The notes below the pieces were generated by a model. The model was not told the origin of the DNA, did not search any database, and saw only the letters and a list, made by a program, of their open reading frames with translations. Shown in pieces: positions 9,432 to 17,694 of a stretch of 44,490 nt of DNA; the first letter of the stretch is position 1, and each line of letters begins with the position of its first letter. The DNA lies in assembly GCA_040007375.1 (NCBI GenBank), contig JBDTVD010000001.1, positions 1-44,490 on the forward strand, given 5' to 3'. The stretch is from Bacteroidota bacterium (GTDB lineage: Bacteria; Bacteroidota; Bacteroidia; AKYH767-A; OLB10). A program made the position numbers and the translations under genes.

Positions 9432-11090
9432 ATGCTTAAAAAACTATCAGTCAGGAATTATATTTTAATTGATGAGCTGGATATCCATTTTACCAATGGG
9501 TTAACAATAATAACCGGAGAAACAGGAGCAGGAAAATCTATTTTACTGGGTGCTTTATCAATGATACTGGGCCAGCGCGCAGATGCCGGTGCATTACTCG
9601 ACAAGAAAAAAAAGTGCATTATTGAAGGAGTATTTTTAATAAAAGATTATCCTCTTCAGAATTTTTTTGCAGATAATGAACTTGACTATGAAGAGGAAAC
9701 CTGTTTAAGAAGAGAAATTACTCCTGAAGGAAAATCACGTGCATTTATAAATGATACTCCTGTAAATTTAAGTTTACTGCGCGAACTGGCAGATACATTA
9801 GTGGATATTCATTCACAGCATGAAACATTAACACTTGCTAATAGCACTTTTCAGCTTTCTGTTACAGATGCATTTGCTGATAATGGCAAGAAGCTTATCA
9901 CTTATAAAAAATTATATACTGTTTACCGGAATCTGAAAAAGGAACTGGAACAACTGAAAGCAGCAGAATTAAAAGCAAAAGCAGATATTGATTATTTCCA
10001 GTTTCAGTTTAATGAACTGGAGGAAGCTAAATTGAAATCCGGTGAGGTGGAATCACTGGAAACAGAATTACAATCGCTCACACATGCTGAAGAAATCAAG
10101 CAACAGTTAAATACTGCTTCACAAATTCTTTCCGGTGAGGATGAAAATATTCTGCAGCGTATTTCAACTGTTGGAAGTACTTTATCACAGGTTTCGAAAT
10201 TTGATAAGAGTTATGAGGATCTTTCATCACGTATTAAAAGTGTATTGCTGGAATTGAAAGATATTAATGCAGAAGCAGAGCAGTTAAGTGAGCAGGTGCG
10301 TTTTGATCCGATGCGTGCAGATATTGTGAATGAAAGACTGAATATTATTTATCGTCTGCAGCAGAAACATCATTTGAATTCGGTGGATGATTTGTTGCAA
10401 TTGCAGTCTGATCTTCAGGAAAAATTATCAGGTATTGGTTCGCTTGAACTACAGATTGAAAAAATGGAAGTTGAAGTGACAAAGCAATTCGCAGCAGTAA
10501 TTAAACTGGCAAAAGAAATATCTATAGCAAGAAAAAAAGTGCTTCCCGAAATTGAAAAATCTGTAAAAAAACTCACTGCTGAAATGGCCATGCCGAATGC
10601 TGAATTAAAAGTAGAACAGCAGATTGGTGATGATCAATCAGCAGGGCAGGATGGAATTGACAAAATCACTTTCCTGTTTTCTGCAAATAAAGGTGGTGAT
10701 TTTAAAGAGCTGGGTAAAGTTGCTTCTGGTGGAGAATTGTCACGACTGATGCTTGCTATTAAATCATTAATGGCCGGACTTACTTCTTTACCTACAATTA
10801 TATTTGATGAAATTGATACAGGTATTTCCGGAGAAGTTGCAGCAAGAGTAGGAGGTATCATGCAGGAAATTTCCAGGCAGCACCAGGTTATTGCAATTAC
10901 ACATCTCCCACAAATTGCAGGTAAAGGTTCTTCTCATTTAATAGTATATAAAACCGATACTAAAACAGGAACAAGAACGAGCATGCGCATCCTTACTGAA
11001 GAAGAACGGATCAATGAAATTGCACGCATGCTGAGTGGTAATAAAATTTCCGGAGCTGCCATTGAACACGCAAAGGAATTGCTTGAATGA
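9432..11090 (+). CDS. recN: DNA repair protein RecN
   Basis: 552 aa with Walker A GETGAGKSILLGAL, a long coiled-coil centre, the SMC signature SGGELSRLMLAIK and Walker B IIFDEIDTGISG. Confidence 0.9.
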   Translation: MLKKLSVRNYILIDELDIHFTNGLTIITGETGAGKSILLGALSMILGQRADAGALLDKKKKCIIEGVFLIKDYPLQNFFADNELDYEEETCLRREITPEGKSRAFINDTPVNLSLLRELADTLVDIHSQHETLTLANSTFQLSVTDAFADNGKKLITYKKLYTVYRNLKKELEQLKAAELKAKADIDYFQFQFNELEEAKLKSGEVESLETELQSLTHAEEIKQQLNTASQILSGEDENILQRISTVGSTLSQVSKFDKSYEDLSSRIKSVLLELKDINAEAEQLSEQVRFDPMRADIVNERLNIIYRLQQKHHLNSVDDLLQLQSDLQEKLSGIGSLELQIEKMEVEVTKQFAAVIKLAKEISIARKKVLPEIEKSVKKLTAEMAMPNAELKVEQQIGDDQSAGQDGIDKITFLFSANKGGDFKELGKVASGGELSRLMLAIKSLMAGLTSLPTIIFDEIDTGISGEVAARVGGIMQEISRQHQVIAITHLPQIAGKGSSHLIVYKTDTKTGTRTSMRILTEEERINEIARMLSGNKISGAAIEHAKELLE

Positions 11091-11145
11091 ATTAGCCAAT
11101 TTTGTTGATTAGCCAATTAGACAATGAAGGAAATAATCCACTTGG

Positions 11146-11173
11146 TACTGGCTACTATATACTAGATACTATT
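11146..11173 (+). repeat. Heptamer tandem array TACTGGC TACTATA TACTAGA TACTATT
   Basis: Four head-to-tail TACTNNN units in the recN-fabI spacer. ATTAGCCAATT is also duplicated at 11091-11101 and 11108-11118. Confidence 0.6.
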
Positions 11174-11207
11174 TTCCATTAAATTCGTAGCATCTAAAAT
11201 CAAACCT

Positions 11208-12020
11208 ATGTCATATAATTTACTGAAAGGAAAACGAGGAATCATCTTCGGAGCTTTGGATCCCAATTCTATTGCATGGAAAGTTGCAGAACGTTGTCAT
11301 GCTGAAGGTGCTGTTTTTACATTAACAAATGCTCCTGTTGCTATGCGTATGGGTGCAATTAATGAACTGGCCAAACAATGCAATGCAGAAGTAATTGGTG
11401 CAGATGCAACATCAATTCCTGATCTGGAAAATCTATTTACAAAATCGATGGAAGGATTGAGAGGTAAAATTGATTTTGTACTTCACAGCATTGGTATGTC
11501 ACCTAATGTAAGAAAGGGGAAAATATATACTGATCTTGATTACGAATATTATCACAAAACAATTGACATCTCTGCAATGTCGTTGCATAAGGTTTTACAA
11601 ACTGCAATGAAGCTTGATGCAATTAATGACTGGGGAAGTGTAGTTGCATTAACATATATAGCATCACAACGCGTATTCCCTGATTATGGTGATATGGCTG
11701 ATGCAAAGTCAATGCTGGAAAGTATTTCCCGCAGTTTCGGGTATCAATATGGTATGAAGAAGAAAGTACGTGTGAATACGATTTCACAATCACCAACAAA
11801 AACAACTGCAGGAAGTGGCGTAAAGGGATTTGATGCATTTTATAATTATGCTGATGCTACTTCTCCACTGGGGAATGCAAGTGCTGATGCATGCGCAGAT
11901 TATACCATCACTTTATTTTCTGATCTCACTAAAATGGTAACAATGCAAAACCTGTTTCATGATGGTGGTTTTTCATTTACAGGTGTGAGTAATGCAGTGA
12001 TGGAAAAATTCGGCAGCTGA
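11208..12020 (+). CDS. fabI: Enoyl-[acyl-carrier-protein] reductase (NADH), FabI
   Basis: 270-aa SDR. The N-terminus is LKGKRGIIFGALDPNSIAWKVAE, and the catalytic Tyr-x6-Lys region TYIASQRVFPDYGDMADAKSMLES parallels E. coli FabI [24 protein letters not shown]. Confidence 0.85.
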   Translation: MSYNLLKGKRGIIFGALDPNSIAWKVAERCHAEGAVFTLTNAPVAMRMGAINELAKQCNAEVIGADATSIPDLENLFTKSMEGLRGKIDFVLHSIGMSPNVRKGKIYTDLDYEYYHKTIDISAMSLHKVLQTAMKLDAINDWGSVVALTYIASQRVFPDYGDMADAKSMLESISRSFGYQYGMKKKVRVNTISQSPTKTTAGSGVKGFDAFYNYADATSPLGNASADACADYTITLFSDLTKMVTMQNLFHDGGFSFTGVSNAVMEKFGS

Positions 12021-12232
12021 TATTTAGTTGTGAGCTATGAGCTTTGAGTCCGAAGTGATTCCTTCTTCGCTTGAAAAAAGCTACGATGGATAAAATAGTT
12101 CGGAGTTCGGAGTAAAAAGTAAATAATTGTTAGGAGTTAGTGGAAATGTAATTCAAGATTCAACATTCATCATTTAATATTCAACATTCTTTTAGTATTT
12201 AATCACCTAATCACTTAGTCATTTAATCACAC
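12021..12232 (+). repeat. Mosaic of five period-7/8 micro-tandem repeats
   Basis: NTGAGCT-type x4 (12030-12057), GTTCGGA x2.4 (12098-12114), GTTAGGA/GTTAGTG (12129-12142), ATTCAAN x5.5 (12151-12189) and TAATCACN octamer x4 (12200-12231). Confidence 0.8.
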
Positions 12233-12265
12233 AAAAAAGCCCCGCGTATTTCGCGGGGCTTTTTT
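12233..12265. terminator. Bidirectional intrinsic terminator shared by fabI and rpsA
   Basis: AAAAAA-GCCCCGCG-TATTT-CGCGGGGC-TTTTTT: an 8-bp GC stem (12239-12246 / 12252-12259) flanked by A and T runs, between convergent genes. Confidence 0.85.
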
Positions 12266-12286
12266 GTTAACAGTAATATATATTAA

Positions 12287-14128
12287 TTACTCATCATTCT
12301 TTTTTGCACCAGCTTCCATCTCACTCTTCAAAGTTGCTAAAGCTTCAATATCACCAAGAGTAGATTTCTCCTGAGTATCTTTTATCTTCTTAACAGCTTT
12401 TGCAGTAGTATTAACTTCTTTTTCTTTCTCTGCATTTTCTACATCACGGGCAGCACGGTTTTTCTCTTCATTCAAACGTGAGTGAGAAGCAACTATACGT
12501 TTATTCTCTTTGTTGAATTCAATGATACGGAAGCTCATTGATTCACCTTCACGTGCAGGAGTTCCATCTTCTTTCATCAGCTGACGGTAAGGAGCAAATG
12601 CTTCTACACCATAAGTATTAAAGATTACAGGAGCACCTTTATCAGTTACTTTTCCAACTACACCATCATGAATACTTCCAAGAGTGAAGATGGTCTCATA
12701 AGTTTCCCACGGATTATCTTCCAGTTGTTTATGTCCAAGACTTAAACGACGGTTTTCCACATCCACTTCCAGTACGATTACTTCTAACTCTTCACCAATC
12801 TTAGTGAACTCCGCAGGATGTTTTATTTTCTTGCTCCAGCTCAAATCAGAAATATGAATTAAACCATCAATACCTTCTTCCAATTCTACAAACACACCAA
12901 AGTTGGTGAAGTTCCGCACCTTTGAATTATGTTTTGAACCAACAGGATATTTCTCGGTGATATTTCCCCATGGATCAGGCATCAGTTGTTTTATACCTAA
13001 AGAGATTTTACGCTCATCACGATCAATTGATAACACTACACCTTCTACTTCATCTCCAATTTTCATGAAATCCTGAGGACTTCTCAAGTGCTGTGACCAG
13101 CTCATTTCAGAAACGTGAATCAAACCTTCAACACCTGGTATAATTTCAACAAATGCACCGTAATCAGTAAGAACAACAACTTTACCTTTCACTTTATCTC
13201 CCACTTTAATATTGGCATCAAGCGACTCCCAAGGATGTGAAGTAAGCTGTTTCAGACCAAGAGCAATTCTTTTCTTCTCATCATCAAAATCCAGAATAAC
13301 AACATTGATCTTCTGGTCAAGTTGTAATACTTCTTCCGGATGATTGATACGTCCCCAGCTGATATCAGTGATGTGTAATAAACCATCAACACCACCAAGA
13401 TCCATGAACACACCATAAGAAGTAATGTTCTTTACTGTTCCTTCCAGAACCTGGCCTTTCTCCAGTTTCGACATGATCTCTACTTTTTGTTTTTCGAGTT
13501 CATTTTCGATAAGCACCTTGTGAGAAACCACAACGTTCTTAAATTCCTGGTTGATCTTTACGATCTTAAATTCCATCGTCTTACCAACAAAAATGTCGTA
13601 ATCACGAATCGGTTTCACATCAATTTGTGAACCTGGTAAGAATGCTTCGATACCAAACACATCAACGATAAGACCACCTTTTGTACGGCATTTTACAAAG
13701 CCTGTGATCACCTCATCTTTAGTAAGTGAATCATTCACACGCTCCCATGATTTCAGGGCACGTGCTCTTTTGTGAGAAAGTAACAGCTGACCGTTTTTGT
13801 CTTCTGCTGTTTCCACATAAACTTCCACCTGATCTCCGGATTTCAGATCAGGCATATGACGGAATTCTGCCAGAGGAACCATACCATCACTTTTGTAACC
13901 AATGTTGATTACGGCTTCCTTGCTGGTGAGTCCAATTACGGTTCCCATCACAATCTGGTGTTCGAGGATCTGATTCAGCTTGGCATCATAAAGTGATTCC
14001 AGGCGAAGACGATCTTCTCCCTTGTAAGTCTCAAAGGACTTACCTGTATTATCCCAATCAAAATCATTAGGATCGGGTACTGCTAATTTAATTGCGGAGT
14101 TTTTCTCCATATCTGTTGTTGTAACCAT
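12287..14128 (-). CDS. rpsA: 30S ribosomal protein S1
   Basis: 613-aa ORF with six successive S1/OB-fold repeats (recurring G.V..V...G.FV.L...GL.H.S. pattern) and an acidic, Lys-rich C-terminal tail. Confidence 0.9.
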   Translation of the reverse strand: MVTTTDMEKNSAIKLAVPDPNDFDWDNTGKSFETYKGEDRLRLESLYDAKLNQILEHQIVMGTVIGLTSKEAVINIGYKSDGMVPLAEFRHMPDLKSGDQVEVYVETAEDKNGQLLLSHKRARALKSWERVNDSLTKDEVITGFVKCRTKGGLIVDVFGIEAFLPGSQIDVKPIRDYDIFVGKTMEFKIVKINQEFKNVVVSHKVLIENELEKQKVEIMSKLEKGQVLEGTVKNITSYGVFMDLGGVDGLLHITDISWGRINHPEEVLQLDQKINVVILDFDDEKKRIALGLKQLTSHPWESLDANIKVGDKVKGKVVVLTDYGAFVEIIPGVEGLIHVSEMSWSQHLRSPQDFMKIGDEVEGVVLSIDRDERKISLGIKQLMPDPWGNITEKYPVGSKHNSKVRNFTNFGVFVELEEGIDGLIHISDLSWSKKIKHPAEFTKIGEELEVIVLEVDVENRRLSLGHKQLEDNPWETYETIFTLGSIHDGVVGKVTDKGAPVIFNTYGVEAFAPYRQLMKEDGTPAREGESMSFRIIEFNKENKRIVASHSRLNEEKNRAARDVENAEKEKEVNTTAKAVKKIKDTQEKSTLGDIEALATLKSEMEAGAKKNDE

Positions 14129-14180
14129 CTGAGTTATAAAGGTAAGCGGAACCTGCCTTTCCTTTTTTTTAAAAGGGACG

Positions 14181-14188
14181 CAAATCTA
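14181..14188 (-). promoter_or_regulatory. Bacteroidota -7 promoter box (TAGATTTG) upstream of rpsA
   Basis: CAAATCTA on the + strand, 52 nt upstream of the rpsA ATG at 14128. Confidence 0.45.
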
Positions 14189-14269
14189 GCAGAATAGATT
14201 GAAAATAACAACAATAAAGTAAAAAAACCGGAGAAGAAAATGAGAGTATAAACTGACCCTGCTGAATCC

Positions 14270-14277
14270 TACATTTG
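14270..14277 (+). promoter_or_regulatory. Bacteroidota -7 promoter box (TACATTTG) upstream of the alpha/beta hydrolase gene
   Basis: Perfect TAnnTTTG ending 16 nt before the ATG at 14294. Confidence 0.45.
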
Positions 14278-14293
14278 CTAGACTAAAACCAAC

Positions 14294-15112
14294 ATGTCCG
14301 ACTATCATTTTCTAACCTATAATGACTTCTTTTTGCCTTACCGGATATCTGGCAATGGACCTGAGATGCTGCTTGCATTTCATGGTTTTGGAGTTGATGG
14401 TTCCGACTTTTTCGGATTAACTGAATTCCTGGGAGAGCAATACACGTTATATATTTTTGATCTGTTTTATCATGGAGAGAAATCAATAAGCCTTGAAAAG
14501 GAATTACCACCGGCAGATCCTTCAATTATGGCCCACCTGATTGAAAAATTACTCTGGCAAAACCGACGTGTGAAATTTTCCATAGTTGGTTATAGTATGG
14601 GAGGAAGGATTTCACTTTGCCTGTTACAAAAACTTCCACACAGAATAAGTGAGATTTTTCTAATTGCACCTGATGGATTGAAAAGAGCCTTGCACGAGGA
14701 TTTTGTAACAGAAACACTGATCGGAGATTATATATATAGAAGGATAATCAAAAATCCCAATACGTTATTTGCTCTGGTAAAATTTCTGGGTTCAATGAAA
14801 TTATTAAGTCAGAAGATGATGCAGTTTATCCTTGCAAATTTATCGGACCAGCAGAAACGAATACGAATTTACAGAACCTGGAAGGTGTTCCGGAATCAGA
14901 AACCTGATCTGAAAGTGGTTGCACATTATCTTAATACAAGAAAAATACGTTTAGAACTTATATTTGGTAAATACGATCAGATTATAAAACCAGTGCTGGC
15001 AGAAAGGTTAATCAGGAAGCTGAAACATAAACCGGAGTTACATCTTCTTGATAGTGGCCACCTGTTATTAAGTAAAGCAGAACAGATATCTAAGATAATT
15101 TTAAAAGGTTGA
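14294..15112 (+). CDS. Alpha/beta-fold hydrolase
   Basis: 272 aa with the oxyanion HG motif LAFHGFG, the nucleophile elbow GYSMGG and a C-terminal DSGH histidine. Confidence 0.75.
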   Translation: MSDYHFLTYNDFFLPYRISGNGPEMLLAFHGFGVDGSDFFGLTEFLGEQYTLYIFDLFYHGEKSISLEKELPPADPSIMAHLIEKLLWQNRRVKFSIVGYSMGGRISLCLLQKLPHRISEIFLIAPDGLKRALHEDFVTETLIGDYIYRRIIKNPNTLFALVKFLGSMKLLSQKMMQFILANLSDQQKRIRIYRTWKVFRNQKPDLKVVAHYLNTRKIRLELIFGKYDQIIKPVLAERLIRKLKHKPELHLLDSGHLLLSKAEQISKIILKG

Positions 15113-15322
15113 TTACATAAGGAAAATCATGCTCAGCATTATCATCAGCATAATGGATTCCTCTGCTACAAACAGTAATACCTGCGATGTTGACAAACGA
15201 TATGGCGATCTGTTTTTCTCATCTGCCATGTGATTAAAAATTATTCCTTCATTGATTGGTTGCATGATCTACAATATTGCTCCGGCATTGTTGAGTAAAT
15301 TGTTGAAAGAAAAGAAAACCTT

Positions 15323-15342
15323 ACAGGTGTATCACCTGTTTT
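15323..15342. terminator. Short hairpin plus T-tract, a possible terminator in the hydrolase-sulfotransferase spacer
   Basis: ACAGGTG-TAT-CACCTGT followed by TTTT, with an A-rich left flank. The 7-bp stem is only moderate and lies 210 nt after the hydrolase stop. Confidence 0.35.
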
Positions 15343-15402
15343 AAATAGTTGCTTTGCAAGGGACATGAATATATCTGATCACTCCTGAAAATATTAAATA
15401 CT

Positions 15403-16269
15403 ATGCAGACACATAAAGTGATCTTTGTACTCGGCGCACCACGTTCAGGAACTACATTGCTGATAAATATGCTGGTGATGAATCAGTCGAAGATTTATGG
15501 TTATTTTGGAGAGTCGCAGTTTTATACCACAACTTATCGGAAACCTTACACGGTGGATACTTTTCTGAACGATCGTTATTTTAAAGCAATCATTAACGAA
15601 GAAGAAACTAAAACTATATTCAGCAGATCAAAAGATCATATCGAGTTTTTTAAGAATACAATTGAGCATTGTCTGCAACGTGAAGGCAAGAATATTTTTG
15701 CAGAGAAAAGTCCGATGCATACGTTGTTTTATAAAGATATTCTGAATGATTTTCCCAATGCAGAGTTTATGATCATTCACAGAAATTTCTGCGCCAATGT
15801 GCAATCCATTGCATTTACACGCTGGATACCACTTGCCAGTGATGTGATGCCTACTTTCATAAAAGAAAATAAAACAGTACGTTATTTCTTTGCAACATTG
15901 TTATTCTATCATTACTGGAAATTATGCAAAGTGGTAGAGCAACATCCTGCCTGTAAACTTTCACTTCAATATGAGGACATCATTATGGAAAAAGTGAATG
16001 TAAGGGAAGAATTGAAGAAAGCTTTGGGATTTGAACCTGATGAAGTATTTGTATCACGCCCGTTTTCTGATGCAGTAACACATAAGAATTATAGTTTTGA
16101 TACTTCACGTGTGGAAGATTACAAAAATAAAATGCCGAAATCTATTCAGAATTTTATCAATTCCGTTTTTCAACCATCAGGATTATGGCAACATTTAACA
16201 GGAGGATTTATCCGCTATTTTATTTTTGAACCAGTTGAGATATTAAAAAAGCTGGCTGGTAAAAAATGA
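15403..16269 (+). CDS. Sulfotransferase family protein (PAPS-dependent)
   Basis: 288 aa. The 5'-PSB loop is VLGAPRSGTTLL, with EKSPMH and a 3'-PB-like IIHRNFCANVQS. The acceptor is not predictable. Confidence 0.75.
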   Translation: MQTHKVIFVLGAPRSGTTLLINMLVMNQSKIYGYFGESQFYTTTYRKPYTVDTFLNDRYFKAIINEEETKTIFSRSKDHIEFFKNTIEHCLQREGKNIFAEKSPMHTLFYKDILNDFPNAEFMIIHRNFCANVQSIAFTRWIPLASDVMPTFIKENKTVRYFFATLLFYHYWKLCKVVEQHPACKLSLQYEDIIMEKVNVREELKKALGFEPDEVFVSRPFSDAVTHKNYSFDTSRVEDYKNKMPKSIQNFINSVFQPSGLWQHLTGGFIRYFIFEPVEILKKLAGKK

Positions 16270-16893
16270 TCAGTGATAGTCGCTGATTTTAATCTTCTTA
16301 TTGCAGAAAGAAATTTCATTTTCTAAATCATTCGAACAAACAATAACTGTTTTGTCTTTTGTAAATTCAGCAATGAGTTGTGCATAAAAATGGTTTCCTG
16401 ATTCATCAAGATTTGTTAATGGCTCATCCAGCAATAATAATGGCACATCAGTTAAAATAGTGCATGCCAGTTTTAATCGCTGTTTCATTCCTGATGAATA
16501 ACTGCTGATAGACTGCTTTGCATATTCATTTAAGCTGCACATAGAAATAATTTCTTCCGGCGAAAGTGCATTGATCATCTTTTTATGTTCTCCGTAAAAT
16601 TTTAAAAATTCAGAAGCAGTAAATTCTTCAATGATATCAATGTAAGGTGCTGTCCAGGCAAGATGTTGAAACCAGTTATCTGCAGGAATTTCACTACCAC
16701 CCACAGTCATTTTAATCTGACCTTCTGTTGCACGCATATGACCGGAAATTAATTGAAGCAAAGTTGATTTTCCACTTCCGTTATTTCCTGTAACTGCAAG
16801 TTTATCACCTTTATGAAGAGAGAAATTTAAATTACGGAATAACCAGTGTTCACCAAAACGTTTTCCAAGGCCGACTGACTGAATGGTTGCCAC
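16270..16893 (-). CDS. ABC transporter ATP-binding protein (no adjacent permease)
   Basis: 207 aa with Walker A GNNGSGKST, signature YSSGMKQRL and Walker B LLLLDEP. It is the last gene of the lpx operon. Confidence 0.85.
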   Translation of the reverse strand: MATIQSVGLGKRFGEHWLFRNLNFSLHKGDKLAVTGNNGSGKSTLLQLISGHMRATEGQIKMTVGGSEIPADNWFQHLAWTAPYIDIIEEFTASEFLKFYGEHKKMINALSPEEIISMCSLNEYAKQSISSYSSGMKQRLKLACTILTDVPLLLLDEPLTNLDESGNHFYAQLIAEFTKDKTVIVCSNDLENEISFCNKKIKISDYH

Positions 16894-16898
16894 AATCG

Positions 16899-17693
16899 TT
16901 ATTCTTCTTCCTGGCCTTCTGTAAAACCACGCATAATTCCTTTCGGTGAATCTTTTACAAACTGTATAATTTCATCACGTAAAGGTGATGCTTCCAGTTC
17001 TGTTTCGATTGCCGACATTGCTTTGTTTACTGAATATCCTTTTAAAAATAATATTCTGTAAATTTCCTGTATGAGTGTTATAGAATCATCACTGTAACCA
17101 CGACGACGCAAGCCTACAGAATTAACACCTGCGTACGAAATTGGTTCGCGTGCAGCTTTTGTAAATGGAGGAACATTTTTTCTAACGAGTGTACCACCTG
17201 CAATAAAACTGTGTGCACCAATTCTTAAAAATTGTGCAACAGCAACCATTCCTTCCAGTATCGCATAATCATCAATGGTAACATGCCCTGCAAGATTTAC
17301 ACTGTTTGCCAGAATGATATTGTTACCAAGCATACAATCATGAGCAACATGTGCATATGCCATCAACAAACAATTGCTACCAATTACTGTTTTATTTTTA
17401 TCAGTGGTTCCGCGATTTACAGTAACACATTCTCTGATGGTTGTGTGATCACCGATTTCTGCTGTTGTAACTTCACCTTTGAATTTTAAATCCTGTGGAA
17501 TAGCACTTATAACTGCTCCGGGAAATATTCTGCATTCTTTACCAATTCTTGCTCCATCAAAAATAATTGCATGCGGACCGATCCAACTGCCATCACCAAT
17601 AACTACATCAGCATATATAACTGCAAATGGTTCTATGGTTACATCGTTTCCAATTTTTGCTGATGGATGTATGCTTGCAAGTGGTGAAATCAT
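16899..17693 (-). CDS. lpxA: Acyl-ACP--UDP-N-acetylglucosamine O-acyltransferase
   Basis: 264 aa with a left-handed beta-helix hexapeptide repeat N-domain and a helical C-domain. It lies immediately downstream of lpxC-fabZ. Confidence 0.85.
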   Translation of the reverse strand: MISPLASIHPSAKIGNDVTIEPFAVIYADVVIGDGSWIGPHAIIFDGARIGKECRIFPGAVISAIPQDLKFKGEVTTAEIGDHTTIRECVTVNRGTTDKNKTVIGSNCLLMAYAHVAHDCMLGNNIILANSVNLAGHVTIDDYAILEGMVAVAQFLRIGAHSFIAGGTLVRKNVPPFTKAAREPISYAGVNSVGLRRRGYSDDSITLIQEIYRILFLKGYSVNKAMSAIETELEASPLRDEIIQFVKDSPKGIMRGFTEGQEEE

Positions 17694-17694
17694 C

